Shown piece by piece: positions 31,606-45,800 of a stretch of 64,000 nucleotides of DNA (position 1 is its first letter; each line of letters opens with the position of its first letter). The translations under genes and the position numbers were made by a program. Under the pieces are notes generated by a model, which worked only from the letters and a program-made list of their open reading frames with translations, was not told the DNA's origin and ran no database searches. The DNA comes from Eledone cirrhosa. Its lineage: Eukaryota. The stretch covers positions 362,638,001 to 362,702,000 of the forward strand of contig OZ024742.1 of NCBI GenBank assembly GCA_964016885.1, in the 5' to 3' direction.

Positions 31606-34600
31606 GGGAAGAAGACGCACGAGGTGGTAGAAGGTCATGAAATCGCTCCCGTAAGTTTTTGATTTTTAACATATTTAAATCAATTGTGAAATAACAATTA
31701 TTTGTACAAATGTTGGATAAACCACCGAATCAAGTCCCATAAAATTTCGGATCCATATTATATTGTTATATCGCTCAAATATTCAATTTTGTATTATATA
31801 TTTTGTATTCAAAAAAGAAAATGGTTATAAATGGAAGAAAACACCCTCTGTCTACACTATATAGAACAGCCAAATAACAGCAATTTCACCAACACCAGAA
31901 ACTTGATACACCACCTACGCCATCACACTAAATATAACAGCCAGATAACGGCAATTTCACCACCACCACCACCAATCCCAGCATCATAATAATAATTACT
32001 ATTATTATTGTCTCAAGTTTTAACAAAATGTTTAATTCAAATTTTACGGGAATATGTCAACACAATATATATTAAACATACGCGACACACACTCATAGAT
32101 ACTACATATCACAAAACTCAGTAACGACAACGCCACCGCCGCCACCACTCCATCCATCATTGCTACCACTATCCCATCACCGCCGCCACCACTCCTTCAT
32201 TGCTACCACCACTATTCCCCTGTTAACTTGAGAGAGAAAGGGGAAGGTGGCGGTATCACTAGACAAGGGAGAGGCTAGCAAATGATATAAATAGATTGAA
32301 TTAGTGACCTGGCCACCGGCCAAACGTCAACATCAACAACTATGGCACTGCTGGCTCACCCCTTCCTCACCAACAATATAAAAATCCCCAGCACCACCAC
32401 CGACATAGCCAACAACAATAACAGGCAACTTCAGCAAAAAGTATATTATATTATTGTAATGCACTGGGTGATTGCTGGCCTTGTGCCTGAAGTGGAGACA
32501 ATTATTAATAATATCATTCTTAAGCCACGCAATGCTCACATTAAGGAACCACTCATGATAATAACAATTTAAAAAAAACAACAAAAAGAAAACCCCGTGA
32601 CCAAGAAATACCGGGATGGCGGCCGGCGGGGAATAGCCGTGTCTCTAGGGGAGAACGACCCCTCTAGTCTTGGTTGACACTCGTTCTAGAAGTGGTAACA
32701 CGAAATGATTACCCCTTGGCGGATAAGGATAAAACGCGACAAAATAAAGTAAATGTCTAATGATAAAATCTCATACCGGATCGGCCGTCACCTGGGTAAA
32801 AAAGGGCCGCGTCCCTCAGAGAGGAACCAAACTTGGGTCGAAAAATCAGCTAATGGTTCAAACCTTCCCATCACTTCGGAGCTGGAGACCTCCCATAACC
32901 GGAATACTCCTACTGTTGGCCCTCCATGCTCACCACCAAGAAATCCAAAGAAAAAGAGAGAAATGGTCAAGGGAAGATAATAAAGAAGTCGTTCAGGCTT
33001 TCTACACTGCCATGTACTACCCATCAAATACATCGAATACAGAACAGACATATATCAACTGGAAAAAGAAACATCCCGAAAACAGAGGCTATATTGACAG
33101 CAACAAACTAGCCAATATACGAAGAAATATTGTAAGAAAAAAGTTACTAACTGATATAGAAATTGATCAGATCAAGCTATTAGCACAAAGTCAGCGAAGG
33201 GAAAATGAAACATGTGTCAGTGAAAACGAGGTAAATTGTAACACTTCGAATCCCAGGGTTGGGGCGGAATCACTGGCAACAGAACACATTAAAGAAAGGA
33301 TCGAAAAAGTGGAGAGAGTGCATGTTCAAGATGAAACTCCAAATGAAAATAATGAGATCGTAAATGATAAAGAAATGAATGAGAATGAACTTGCCAACTT
33401 GAAGGATGAAATTATGATCGAATGGATGAAAATGAAAGAATCTGACATGGGGCAACGAGACACCCTCCCTAAGATCCAGAACTCCTAACAGAACCAAAAG
33501 ATAATACACAAGACTAACATAATTCTTAAAAAAATTATCACAAACAAACTAAACATTACTGATTTAAATCATCTCTATTATGCATCGGCTAAAGTCACCA
33601 CTCACTTATGTGGAGTGAAGATGAAAAAACAAAGGAATTCCCACAAGAAATCTACTTGGCAAGATAATATCAATCGCCAAATAAACCTTCTCCGATCTGA
33701 CATAGAAATTTTAACAAACTATAAAGTAGGTGAACATGTTAAACAAACTAAACTTAGAAAATTGAAAAAAAAGTACAGTATAAAATCAACATGTGACATA
33801 GACATGCTGATAGAAATAATCAAGCAAAAAGTGTCGGCCAAAGCTGCTCGCATAAGGCGCTTTGAAAAACGATCTAGATTCTATAAGGACAATAATATGT
33901 TCAAAAACAACCAAAGAAACTTCTACAGAAAAAATTGGTAAGTCAACAATAACTGCTAAATCAATACCACCCAAGGAGGAAGTGCAAGAATTCTGGGAAA
34001 AGATCTGGGCCGAAGAAAAAGTTCATAACATACATGCCCCATGGATAGACAGACAAATGAAAGATACAGCTCACCTTGAGGAACAAATATGGGAAAATAT
34101 AACAGTTGAACAGTTGCGCTTGGCCTAAGAAAAACCAGCAAATGGAAATCCCCAAGAAAAGACAAAATACAAAACTTTTGGATAAATGCCTTCACAGAGT
34201 CTCATGAGCTGTTAGCCCAACTTTACAATGAAATAGTTAAGGAGCCAGAAAAGATACCATCATGGCTAGTTAACGGCATTACATTCCTGCTTCCGAAGAA
34301 TGATGAGACAAACAATCCCAAAAATTACAGACCGATAACTTGCTTGACCACAATGTATAAAATGTTAACATCAGTCCTAACTGAATACACATATGACCAC
34401 CTGATAATAAATGACCTATTTCCCATTGAGCAGAAAGGGTGTAAACGAGGCTCATATGGCTGTAAGGATCAGCTTCTGGTTATGTCATAATAGACACAAA
34501 AATCTATCGATTGCTTGTATAGATTATAAAAACGCATTCGATAGTTTGCCACACAGTTGGATTGAAAAATGTTTAGAGATTTTCAAAATATCCCCCGTTG

Positions 34601-36520
34601 TCAGGAGGTTTTGTCATTCAGTATGAAGACATGGAAAACGACACTCCTTTTGAATAGTGAAACAAAATCACTGGAAGCTGGAGAAGTTAATATTAATTGT
34701 GGAATTTTTCAGGGTGACTCTTTATCACCGCTTTTATTCTGCATCGCACTTATACCATTAAGTAAAATGTTGAATGAAACAAAACATGGATATAAAGACT
34801 ATGACAAAACCATTAATCACTTGTTCTACATGGATGACCTGAAACTATTTGCAAAAAATGATTAACAATTGCAAGGGCTATTATCCACTGTGGAGCAGTT
34901 CAGTGATGACATTAAAATGGAGTTTGGACTAGATAAATGCGCCAAAGCAACGTTCACCAGAGGAAAGCTGCTGAAGAGTTCAGACATTAATCTTGATCGG
35001 GGGAACGTGATAAGAGAACTTGATCAAGAAAAAACTTACAAATATCTAGGTGTTTGTGAAGGAGACGGAATCAAGCACTCGACAATGAGGGAAAGGATAA
35101 GGAAGGAATGTTACCGCAGAGTAAGAGCAATCTTAAGAACGGAATTGAATGCAAGGAATAGGATCGATGCCATAAACACGCTTGCCATACCAGTAGTAAC
35201 CTACAGTTACAATGTCATCAACTGGTCAAGCACAGAGATCCGTAGGCTCGATACAAAAATTCGAAAACTCTTAACCATGCACAGAATGCATCACCCTAAG
35301 GCAGATATAGATAGAATATATCTCCCTAGGAAAGAAGAAGGACGTGGGTTAAGTCCAGTTAGACATTGCTTTGAAAACTGCAACAATTGGATTATCTACA
35401 TATCTAAGGGAATCAGATGATTGGATGATCAAACTCGTTTTGAAACACGAAAGCATCAAAAGATCATATTCCATTACAAAAGATGCACAAAGATACAGTA
35501 ATGGACTACAAATTTCAGAAGTCCCATTTACGGCTGAAATGGAAAACACAGAAAAAGCAAAGCAGGTAAAAGTAACTACAAAGAAAGAACTGCTACAGAA
35601 ACTGGCTAAGAAATGGCAAGAAAAGCCTCTGTATGGAAAATACCCAGAGCGAGCTAACAATCCTGATGTTTACAAAACTTTAACCCATCAGTGGTTGGCA
35701 TCCTCTGGACTGAAATCGGAGACTGAAGGACTGATTATATCAGCACAAGATGTGTCTGCCAACAAAAAATTACCAAGCCAACATAATAAAAAATGGATGC
35801 AGCCCATTATGCCGTGTATGCAAAAAACAACCAGAGACCATTGACCATATAATTTCAATGTGCAGTCCTATAGCTCCAACCGAATACCTAAACAGGCATG
35901 ACAGAGCTGCACAATACATACATTGGATAATGTGTAAGCATTTTGACCTGCCCCATCAAAAGAATTGGTGGGAGCATCAACCACCTCCCATACTTGAAAA
36001 AGATCACATCTCAATCTTGTGGAACTTTAGCATCCAAACAGACCGAAAAATAGATGCAAATAGACCTGATATAATATTGAAGGACTTTAAAAAGAGGGTA
36101 TGCCTGCTAATTGATATGTCTGTTCCAATAGACAAGAATGTATCTATAAAAACATTTGAAAAATTGAGCAAGTATAAGGACCTGGAGATAGAAATTGGAA
36201 AAATGTGGAAATTGAGAACTAAAACAATACCAGTGGTTGTAGGCGCTCTGGGAATGATACCTAAGGGGGCTAATGATTACTTATCGCAAATCCCAGGAAA
36301 CCCGCGTATAGGAGAAATACAAAAGATTGTACTAATGCGAACTGCCCATATAGTAAGGAAGATTCTGTCAATATAAGTAGATCACAAGTCTAAACACTAA
36401 AGATGCATGTGTGAGTATGTATGTTCTTTCTTGAACATGGCGGACCTTGTTGTCTCTTGAGGTCACTGGTTGTGACTTGGTGATAACTCGTATGAACATA
36501 AAGCAAGATAAATGTAAATG
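31606..36520 (+). mobile_element. Full-length degenerate R4/Dong-clade D2 copy (D2-2)
   Basis: Shared GGGAAGAAGACG 5' end; RT and RLE fragments; 3'UTR then (TAA)n. Confidence 0.92.
32753..36376 (+). pseudogene. D2 RT-CCHC-RLE ORF with multiple frameshifts and stops
   Basis: GIFQGDSLSP and LFYMDD (34569-34865), YKYLG, CRVC-x8-H-x4-C, RHD, RPDIILKD..IDMSVP..EKLSKY (35750-36376). Confidence 0.92.
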
Positions 36521-36548
36521 TAATAATAATAATAATAATAATAATAAT
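36521..36548. repeat. (TAA)n spacer
   Basis: Pure run. Confidence 0.98.
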
Positions 36549-36551
36549 GAT

Positions 36552-39500
36552 GATTTCTTTATTAACCACAAGGGTTTACATAAAGTAGACATTAAGGACA
36601 GTGCAGGACAATACAGGACGGTACTAATCGGCATTTCTGCGTGTAAAAAACAAAAACAGAGGATGTAACAAAAAATAACAATGAAAAATTCCCCAATAGG
36701 GGGGAGACTTCGGAGGGACATTTGTGGAGAAAGCCCAGTAAAAGGCCACGGTGACCCTGACCACCAAGGCAAGTGCCCTCTCCCAGTTTTCCACCTTTAA
36801 TTTACATATACGTACTCAGAGTCGGCCCATTCACTCGGGCCATTCCTGCTTCTCTCTCCCATCTTTCAACAAAATGCTGGGAAGAGAGCACTTGCCTCTC
36901 TACTCTGATTTTCCGTTTCAAATGAAATTTTAAAAAGTCAATCAGGGCATCACCGAAGAGGTAAGTGCTCGTCTTCAGTCCTTTCAAACGTGTCCACCAT
37001 ACTATCACTTTCGTCATGGCCACCAGACAGATAAAAACTGCCTGCCCTTCCCGACTAAAGGAAGAGGGCGGGGCAATCCTCACGATGAACTCAGATGATA
37101 GCCGGATCCGTCCTACACGTGACAGCAGGTGTTCGACATAAACCCACAAGTCAGCAATTTTCGGACACTGGACGAGTGCGTGCAGGACGGTTTCGTTGCC
37201 CTGCGCGCATCTCGGACATGCCCGGCTGACAGCACCTCCATGCCTCTAGAGTTTATCCCGAACTGGCAAGGCTCCTCGGTAGCACTCCCAGGCCAGAGAT
37301 TTCTGGAAGTTGTCCATAGGTCCCGGCCCGAAAGTTCTTCCGAAGAGATTGGCTAGTTGATTTTCGTCGACGCTTAGAGTTTCCCCAAGTACGTCGTCGC
37401 TCTTCCGCTCCACTAATCCTCTATAGAACGCCGAGGTGGAGTTTCCACTGATCACATTGCCCGATTGGTCGAGGGCTGTGAGCGCCTGGGGACATCCAGT
37501 CTCCAGGCGCTCCCTCTCGGTCTTCGCTTGACCCAGGACTGCAGCTCCGTCAAGGAAACGAGCTGGGGAAATACGCGTCTAGCAAACGGCGACCACACCT
37601 GATCACCGTCGAGGAAGAGGTGGAGATGTCGAAGCCTGAGCGCGCGTCTGCGCATCATCAGCCACGGCATGCCCATCCCTCCACGTAGCGGGTGTTGACA
37701 GCACATGGACCACCTGACCATCGGAGCGCGTCCCTTCCACAAAAAGCGAAAGAGCAAACGCTCCAGCGCAGTCAGGCGGGGCTTAGGACAAGGTACGACG
37801 GTCAGGCGGTAGCAGATGACAGACGCGATGTACGCGTTAGCCACCTCCGCTCGACCTTTTAGGGATAGCTTCCTCTCCGCCCATTTCTGGGTGAGAGAAG
37901 CCACCCTGCTCGTCACCTCGTCCCAGTTTTTGTCCTTCTGGAGGTCCGGACCGAACCAGACCCCTAGCAATTTAACCGGTCCGTCCGTCCAGCGCCCGAC
38001 GACGCTGTTGGACGGCATGGACCTGCCTCTCCAGGTGCCGAGCTGCAGGCCCACTGACTTTTCCTGGTTGATCATTGCTCCCGTCACCGCTTCGTATTCT
38101 CTTACTGTAGTGCCGATCGCCTCGATGTGTTTGGCGTTCGACACCACTACGGTGACATCGTCCTCATATGCTGACAAGGATCTTCCACATCCTAGTTCGC
38201 GCGGGACGCCCCTCAACGTCTCCAGTTTGTGTAGTAATGGCTCGAGAGTCAATACGTACAAGAGGGACGAGAGGGGACATCCTTGGCGGACCGAGCGCAT
38301 GATGTTGAACGGTTCCGAAAGGTGACCGTTCACTCTCACCACAGAGCAGATGTCGCTGTGCATGGCAGCGATCCAGCCTCTGAAGACGGGCCCAAAGCCA
38401 GCCGCCCTCAAGACTGCCTCTTGGTAACGATGGTCGACCCTATCGAAAGCTTTCGACTGATCTAAATTGATCAAATACCCACCCGTGCCAGGTTCCCTAG
38501 CTACCCTCTCTACGATGTATCGCATGAGGTGGAGGTTGTCGTGGATGGATTAGTCGGGAATGGCGCATGTCTGCGCCTCTCCCACCAGACCACCAACGAC
38601 AAGCGCCAACTTCTTTGCTAGCACCTTGGCCAAAATCTTGAACTCTGTGTTTAGCAGTGTTATGGGCCTGAAATTATCTATGTTATCCCCCTTGTTCGGA
38701 TCCTTTCTCAGCAGTGCCACCGCTCCTCGGCTCACAGGGCTGGGAATTCTCCCGTTCTGTTGCCAGTTGCAGTAGACGTCCGCCAAGAGGCCTCCAAACA
38801 AGTCTGGCATCTGTACGTAAAGTTCATAGGGCAGACCATCCAAACCAGGCGATTTACCCCTTGTACAGCCAGTCATTGCCTCCCGTACTTCAGCGGCTGT
38901 TATCGGCTTTTCGCAACACTCCGCCTCAGTGGCTGAGAGCCGCGGCAGTCCGACGAGGTAGACACTAAAGTCCATCTCTCGACCCGGCCCACCGCTGCCC
39001 CCGAACAGCTGCGCGAAATGTCACTGAAAAGCTTCACACATTTGCCCGGGATCGAGTAGCATGCGCCCGTCGTGGTCCACCAAAGACCGGATCGTGGCTT
39101 TGTTGCCACGACGCGTCTCCGCCACTCGGGCCCATTGAACGGCTTTCGTCCCCTCGTGTCTGAAAGCACGCACCCTAGCTCTGACAACACAGCCTTCATT
39201 GCTTTCATTGAAGAATTGGTCAAGGGCCAACTTCGCCGCAAGCACGTCGGTCGCGATGCCTTTGCTAAGCGCCTCGTCTAATTTTCTAACTAGTTTTCTC
39301 TCTGCTCTATTTTTCTCTATTGCTGAAGCCTTACTAAACCTAATGGATTCTATTCTAATCGCTCTTTTCAGAGTAAACCACCACTTGTTGTTGACGATGG
39401 CCCACCTCAACGCCCGCTTAACTAGTTCGCTAATCCGGTCTCTGTAGGCTTTGCGCGCTGGTAAGGAGGCGTTTAGCTAACAGTAGCCGGGTCCTCGTCT

Positions 39501-42500
39501 ATGAAGCCTATCTATGTCAAGCACACAGATCACGAATTTGTGGTCCGTGTAGCTGACTATCTTGAATTGTGGACAGCCTATGCTAGACCTATCTATTTCC
39601 CTACAAAATACTCTATCTAGATATGATCTGGATGACCCTATGCGATTAGTCCAAGTCCACATTGGCACATTCGGGAAATACAATCGGTACCTGTCAGACA
39701 GTTCAAAACGCCTGGGCAGTTTGGTGAGGCTCTTGCACCCTCCACCTCTATCCGCTAATCCCACATAGTCCCAGCGTGCATCTAAGATCCCGTTCCAGTG
39801 GCTCACTAACACTAAAGAGCGGGACGTTCCAAGAAACGTCTCCAGACGCCGGAAGAAATCAGGCGGCCCTGCTCCTGTCGGGGCATAGACGGCCACTAGC
39901 CTGAAAGCTTGCCCGTATCCGATGGTCACGTCCAGCACCACCAATTTACCCTCTGGGTCCAGGAAGATTCACAGCAACTCCTCCCCCCGATCTAGGACGG
40001 CTGGGAGATGCGTACACATCGTAGCCGCCGAAGATCGGTGCGAAGGCCCGTGCTTCGGAGATTCTGGTCTCGCTGATGGCCACTACATCTATGTTTAGTG
40101 ACCTGAGTTCGTTGAGCAGGTGACCCTGCTTCCATGACGACCCCAAGCCACGCGCATTTATGCTGCCTATTCTGAGTGAGGTCATGTTTAAAATGCAGTG
40201 GAAAAGATGGGAAAGACCACTTACCGTACTTTTCGTAGAGGAAGGATGGTTTCTCCATCCCTTTTCACTTGATCGTCTGGTGAAGGGACCGTTGAATCGT
40301 CCCTTCGGCTGGTCGTCGGCTCTTCTATGAGTATGTCCGAATATACTCTCCGGTTGAGAGTCCCTCCTAGGTCTCTGAAATCACCATCTGCGTTGGGGAA
40401 TTTCGTTTTAATGTCTGTGTATTTTTTCTGTGCTATTTTTACCAGTCTTATGTTCGTTGGCGTTTTGATTGGTGCTGGTATTATATAGTCGTGCTGTGAT
40501 ATGTCTGTGTGTTCAATTATGTAAGTCATTAGTTTCTTGTTGTGTGTATTTATTGCCGTGCATTTCTTTTCTGGGTGTAGGGTGTGGTTCTGCTATTTTC
40601 TTGTCGTTGTTGCTGGGTGTGTGTGTTTTGTTGTTGTGTTTGCGATGTTGGTGCTTGTGGTGGTGGTGTTGAAGGTGTTGTTGTTGTTGTCGGTGGGGTT
40701 GTCGCCGGTGGTGATGGTGGTGCTAGTGTAGGTGGTGATGATGTTGGTGGTGTTGCTGCTGTGAGTCTCTTTGCAGTAGCCTTTACCCTTTTTTCATTTT
40801 TTACCTCCCTTTTCGAAGGCGACGATGCGCTGCTTCTGCGTTTGTGCCTTCTTACGACCTTTTGCCATCCCTCTCCCACGTCACACTTCATGTCTGATTC
40901 TGTGAGGTAGGGGAGTGGTACCAGCTCCACTCTTTCACTTGTTGTTGTTGGTGATGTTTGCAGTGGAGTCTCTGTTGCAGCTGCATCTGGTATTACTGTT
41001 GTTGTTGTTAATACTTCCACTGCTGCTGTTGTTCTTGATTTCCGTGGCGTGGGTATGGGTGCCACGGACCTATCGTTCCTTGTTTCCGCTTGTCCTGTTG
41101 CTGGTAGCCGTGAAGCCGGTTTTGGAAGGAGGGGGGTTTTCTCCTTTCTCAGGGTCTTCTCGTTGCAGAAGGCACTGAGGTGAGTCTTCGATCCACAGCG
41201 AAAGCATTTCGGGAGTTTGCCCTCAACACTTATGGGCAGTTGAGTGCCGTTATCGAAGTCTATCACATCCGGGATAGCTTCGATGCACTCCTGGTTGGTT
41301 TGGATTAACATCTCAATGGAGGTGCCGACCCAATCTTCTCTTACTTTTTTCTGTACTTGCAGTACATTTGTTTTGTCTTCGATTCCAACGAGGACAGACG
41401 CGGCCAGCCAAGATTGGGCCATCCCTGGGGGGGGGGGGGGGCGGCGACGACGTGGGTCAGTTTGATCCTCACCATTTTTTGCTCGCAGTAGGAGGGCACC
41501 AACACCATTTCCTCGCTCCTTAGGGTCACTAAGGATTGAGCATTTGCCTCCTGGGGTGTGGCATATTTCTTGCCTCGGGTGATATGCGTTTTCCGCTGCC
41601 ACACAGACCCTAAGGCTTTTTGTATTTGAGCCTCTGTGGCTCTTTCAACCTTACGGGATTTTGTGCTTACTGTACGGTCCGTGACCGTACAGTGCTGTTG
41701 GGTTTCGAAAAGTTTTTCGGCTGCCTTGCAGATTGCTCGGTGTCCGGTTTTCGTCACCATCTACTTCGCTTCCTGTAATTCCTCATTTGTTATGAGGATG
41801 GTTTCCAGGTTCTTTGCGATACCTGCAAACGAGATTGGTTTTTCTTTGCTGCTGTTGTTGTTGTTGTTGTTGTTGTCGTCCGAGCTGCTGTTACTTTTGT
41901 TGTTGCTGCAGGTACTACGACTACTGCCACCGCCGCTGCTGCTGTGGTTGTTGTTGTTGTTACTGCTGCTGTTGTTGTTGCTGTTAATGCTGTTGTTGTT
42001 TATGCTGTTGCTGATGCTGTTGCGGCTGCCACTGTGGTTTTCCTTGACACTGTTGCTGCTGCTGCTGCTGTTATTACGACTGCTACTGCTATTATTCACG
42101 ACGTCAGACGAATGAAATGGGTTTTCGTATTTCCCGCACACCTTTTTCGTCGTTGTCGTCGTCGTCGTGGAGAAATTTTGCACGCTTTTCGCGTGATTTT
42201 TCTTTACTGGCGTCGCTTGCGAAAGAGAAGGGAGGGAGAGAGACACATTTAGAGAAGGGAGGGAGAGAGACAATCTTCTCTCTGCTGTAATGACGATTGA
42301 GGAAGAAGACGGAATGAGTGGGAGTGACTTGTGAAAATTATTTTTCGTAGCCATGTTTTTTTTTGTTTAAAATAAATATTGGGCACAAAACCCCAATAAG
42401 CGGTTATTTAACTCCGAAGGGCCAAATAACGGGCAGAAATACCCCTCTCACGAGGAGGAGGGTGTTTTTGTCTACAATTTGGTCTAAGTTTTAAACAATT

Positions 42501-42568
42501 TACAATTGTTATAGCGGTCAAAATTTACAATACCTTATAGAGCCGAGCCTCCGTCAACCATAGCATTC
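36552..42568 (-). mobile_element. Full-length degenerate Tx1 family A (copy A4)
   Basis: Both termini present; ORF2 (36802-40185) and ORF1 (40221-42354) broken by stops, frameshifts and small deletions; YADD reads YEDD. Confidence 0.93.

Positions 42569-42625
<57 letters not shown>
42569..42625. repeat. (TAA)n spacer
   Basis: Pure run. Confidence 0.99.
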
Positions 42626-42627
<2 letters not shown>

Positions 42628-42888
42628 TTTCTTTATTAACCACAAGGGTTTACATAAAGTAGACATTAAGGACAGTGCAGGACAATGCAGGACGGTACAA
42701 ATGGGCATTTCTGCGTGTAAAAAAAACAAAAACAGAGGATGTAACAAAAATAACAATGAAAATAACAATGAAAAATTCCCCAATAGGGGGGAGACTTCGG
42801 AGGGACATTTGTGGAGAAAGCCCAGTAAAAAGCCACAATGACCCTGACCACCAAGGCAAGTGCCCTCTCCCAGTTTTCCACCTTTAGT

Positions 42889-45800
42889 TTACAGATATAT
42901 ACTCAGAGTCGGCCCATTCACTCGGGCCATTCTTGCTTCTCTCACCCATCTTTCAACAAAATGCTGGGAAGAGAGCACTTCCTTCTCTACTCTGATTTTC
43001 CTTTTCAAATGAAATTTGAAAAAGTCAATCAGAGCATCACCGAAGAGGTAAGTGCTCGTCTTCAGCCCTTTCAAACGTGTCCACCATACTATCTCTTTCG
43101 CCATGGCCACCAGACAGATAAAAACTGCCTGCCCTTCCCGGCTAAAGGAGGAGGGCGGGGCAATCCTCACGATAGACTCAGATGATAGCTGGATCCGTCC
43201 TAAACGCGACAGCAGGTGTTCGACATAAACCCACAAGTCAGCAATTTTCGGACACTGGACGAGTGCGTGCAGGACGGTTTCGTCGCCCTGCGCGCATCTC
43301 GGACATGCCCGGCTGACGGCACCTCCATGCCTGTAGAGTTTATCCCGAACTGGCAAGGCTCCTCGGTAGCACTGCCAGGCCAGAGATTTCTGGAAGTTGT
43401 CCATAGGCCCCGGCCCGAAAGTTCTTCCGAAGAGATTGGCTAGTTGATTTTCGTCGACGCCTAGAGTTTCCCCAAGTACGTCGTCGCTCTTCCCCTCCAC
43501 TAATCCTCTATAGAACGCTGAGGTGGAGTTTCCACCGATCACATTGCCCGATTGGTCGAGGGCTGTGAGCGCCTGAAGACATTCCAGTCTCCAGGCGCTC
43601 CCTCTCGGTCTTCGCTTGACCCAGGACTGCAGCTCCGTCAAGGAAACGAGCTGGGGAAAAACGCGTCTAGCAAACGGCGACCACACCTGATCACCGTCGA
43701 GGAAGAGGTGGAGATGTCGTAGCCTGAGCGCGTGCCTGCGCATCATCAGCCACGGCATGCCCAGCCCTCCACGTAGCGGGTGTTGACAACAGATGGACCG
43801 CCTGACCATCGGAGCACGTCCCATCCACAAAAAGCGAAAGAGCAAACGCTCCAGCGCAGTCAGGCGAGGCTTAGGACAAGGTACGACGGTTAGGCGGTAG
43901 CAGATGACAGACGCGATGTACGCGTTAGCCACCTCCGCTCGACCTTTCAGGGATAGCTTCCTCTCCGCCCATTTCTGGGTGAGAGAAGCCACCCTGCTCG
44001 TCACCTCGTCCCAGTTTTTGTCCGTCTGGAGGTCCGGACCGAACCAGACCCCTAGCAATTTAACCGGTCCGTCCGTCCAGCGCCCGACGACGCTGTTGGA
44101 CGGCATGGACCTGCCTCTCCAGGTGCCGAGCTGCAGGCCCACTGACTTTTCCTGGTTGATCATTGCTCCTGTCACCGCTTCGTATTCTCTTAGTGTAGTG
44201 CCGATCGCCTCGATGTGTTTGGCGTTCGACACCACTACGGTGACATCGTCCGCATATGCTGACACGGATCTTCCGCATCCTAGTTCGCGCGGGACTCCCC
44301 TCAACGTCTCCAGTTTGTGCAGTAATGGCTCGAGAGTCAATACGTACAAGAGGGACGAGAGGGGACATCCTTGGCGGACCGAGCGCATGATGTTGAACGG
44401 TTCCGACAGGTGACCGTTCACTCTCACCACAGAGCAGATGTCGCTGTGCATGGCAGCGATCCAGCCTCTGAAGACGGGCCCAAAGCCAGCCGCCCTCAGG
44501 ACTGCCGCTAGGTAACGATGGTCGACCCTATCGAAAGCTTTCGACTGATCTAAATTGATCAAGGACCCACCCGTGCCAGGTTCCCTAGCTACCCTCTCTA
44601 CGATGTATCGCATGAGGTGGAGGTTGTCGTGGATGGATCTGTCGGGAATGGCGCATGTCTGCGCCTTTCCCACCAGACCACCAACGACAAGCGCCAACCT
44701 CTTTGCTAGCACCTTGGCCAAAATCTTAAACTCTGTGTTTAGCAGAGTTATGGGCCGGAAATTGTCTATGTTATCCCCCTTGTTCGGATCCTTTCTCAGC
44801 AGTGCCACCGCTCCTCGGCTCACAGAACTGGGAATTCTCCCGTTCTGTTGCCAGTTGCAGTAGACGTCCGCCAAGAGGCCTCCGAACAAGTCTGGCATCT
44901 GTACGTAAAGTTCATAGGGCAGACCATCCAAACCAGGCGATTTACCCCTTGTGCAGCCAGTCATTGCCTCCCGTACTTCAGCGGCTGTTATCGGCTTTTC
45001 GCAACACTTCGCCTCAGTGGCCGAGAGCCGCGGCAGTCCGTCGAGGTAGACACTAAAGTCCATCCCTCTACCCGGCCCCCCGCTGCCCCCGAACAGCTGA
45101 GTGAAGTGTCGCTGAAAAGCTTCACACATTTGCCCGGGATCGAGTAGCATGCGCCCGTCGTGGTCCACCAAAGACCGGATCGTGGCTTTGTTGCCACGAC
45201 GCGCCTCCGCCACTCGGGCCCATTGAACGGCTTTCGTCCCCTCGTGTCTGAGAGCACGCACCCTAGCTCTGACAACGCAGCCTTCGTGCTTTGCATTGAA
45301 GAATTGGTCAAGGGCCAATTTCGCCGCAAGCACGTCGGTCGCAATGCCTTTGCTAAGCGCCTCGTCTAATTTTCTAACTAGTTCTCCCTCTGCTCTATTT
45401 TTCTCTATTGCTAAAGCCTTACTAAACCTAATCGATTCTATTCTAATCGCTCTTTTCAGAGCAAACCACCACTTGTTGTTGACGATGGCCCCCGTCAACG
45501 CCCGCTTAACTAGTTCGCTAATCCGGTCTCTGTAGGCCTTGCGCGCTGGTAAGGACGCGTTTAGCTTCCAGTAGCCGGGTCCTCGTCTATGAAGCCTATC
45601 TAAGTCAAGCACACAGGTCACGAATTTGTGGTCCGTGTAGCTGACTATCTTGAATTGTGGACAGCCTATGCTAGACCTATCTATTTCCCTACAAAATACT
45701 CTATCTAGATATGATCTGGATGACCCTATGCGGTTTGTCCAAGTCCACATTGGCACATTCGGGAAATCCAATCGGTACCTGTCAGACAGTTCAAAACGCC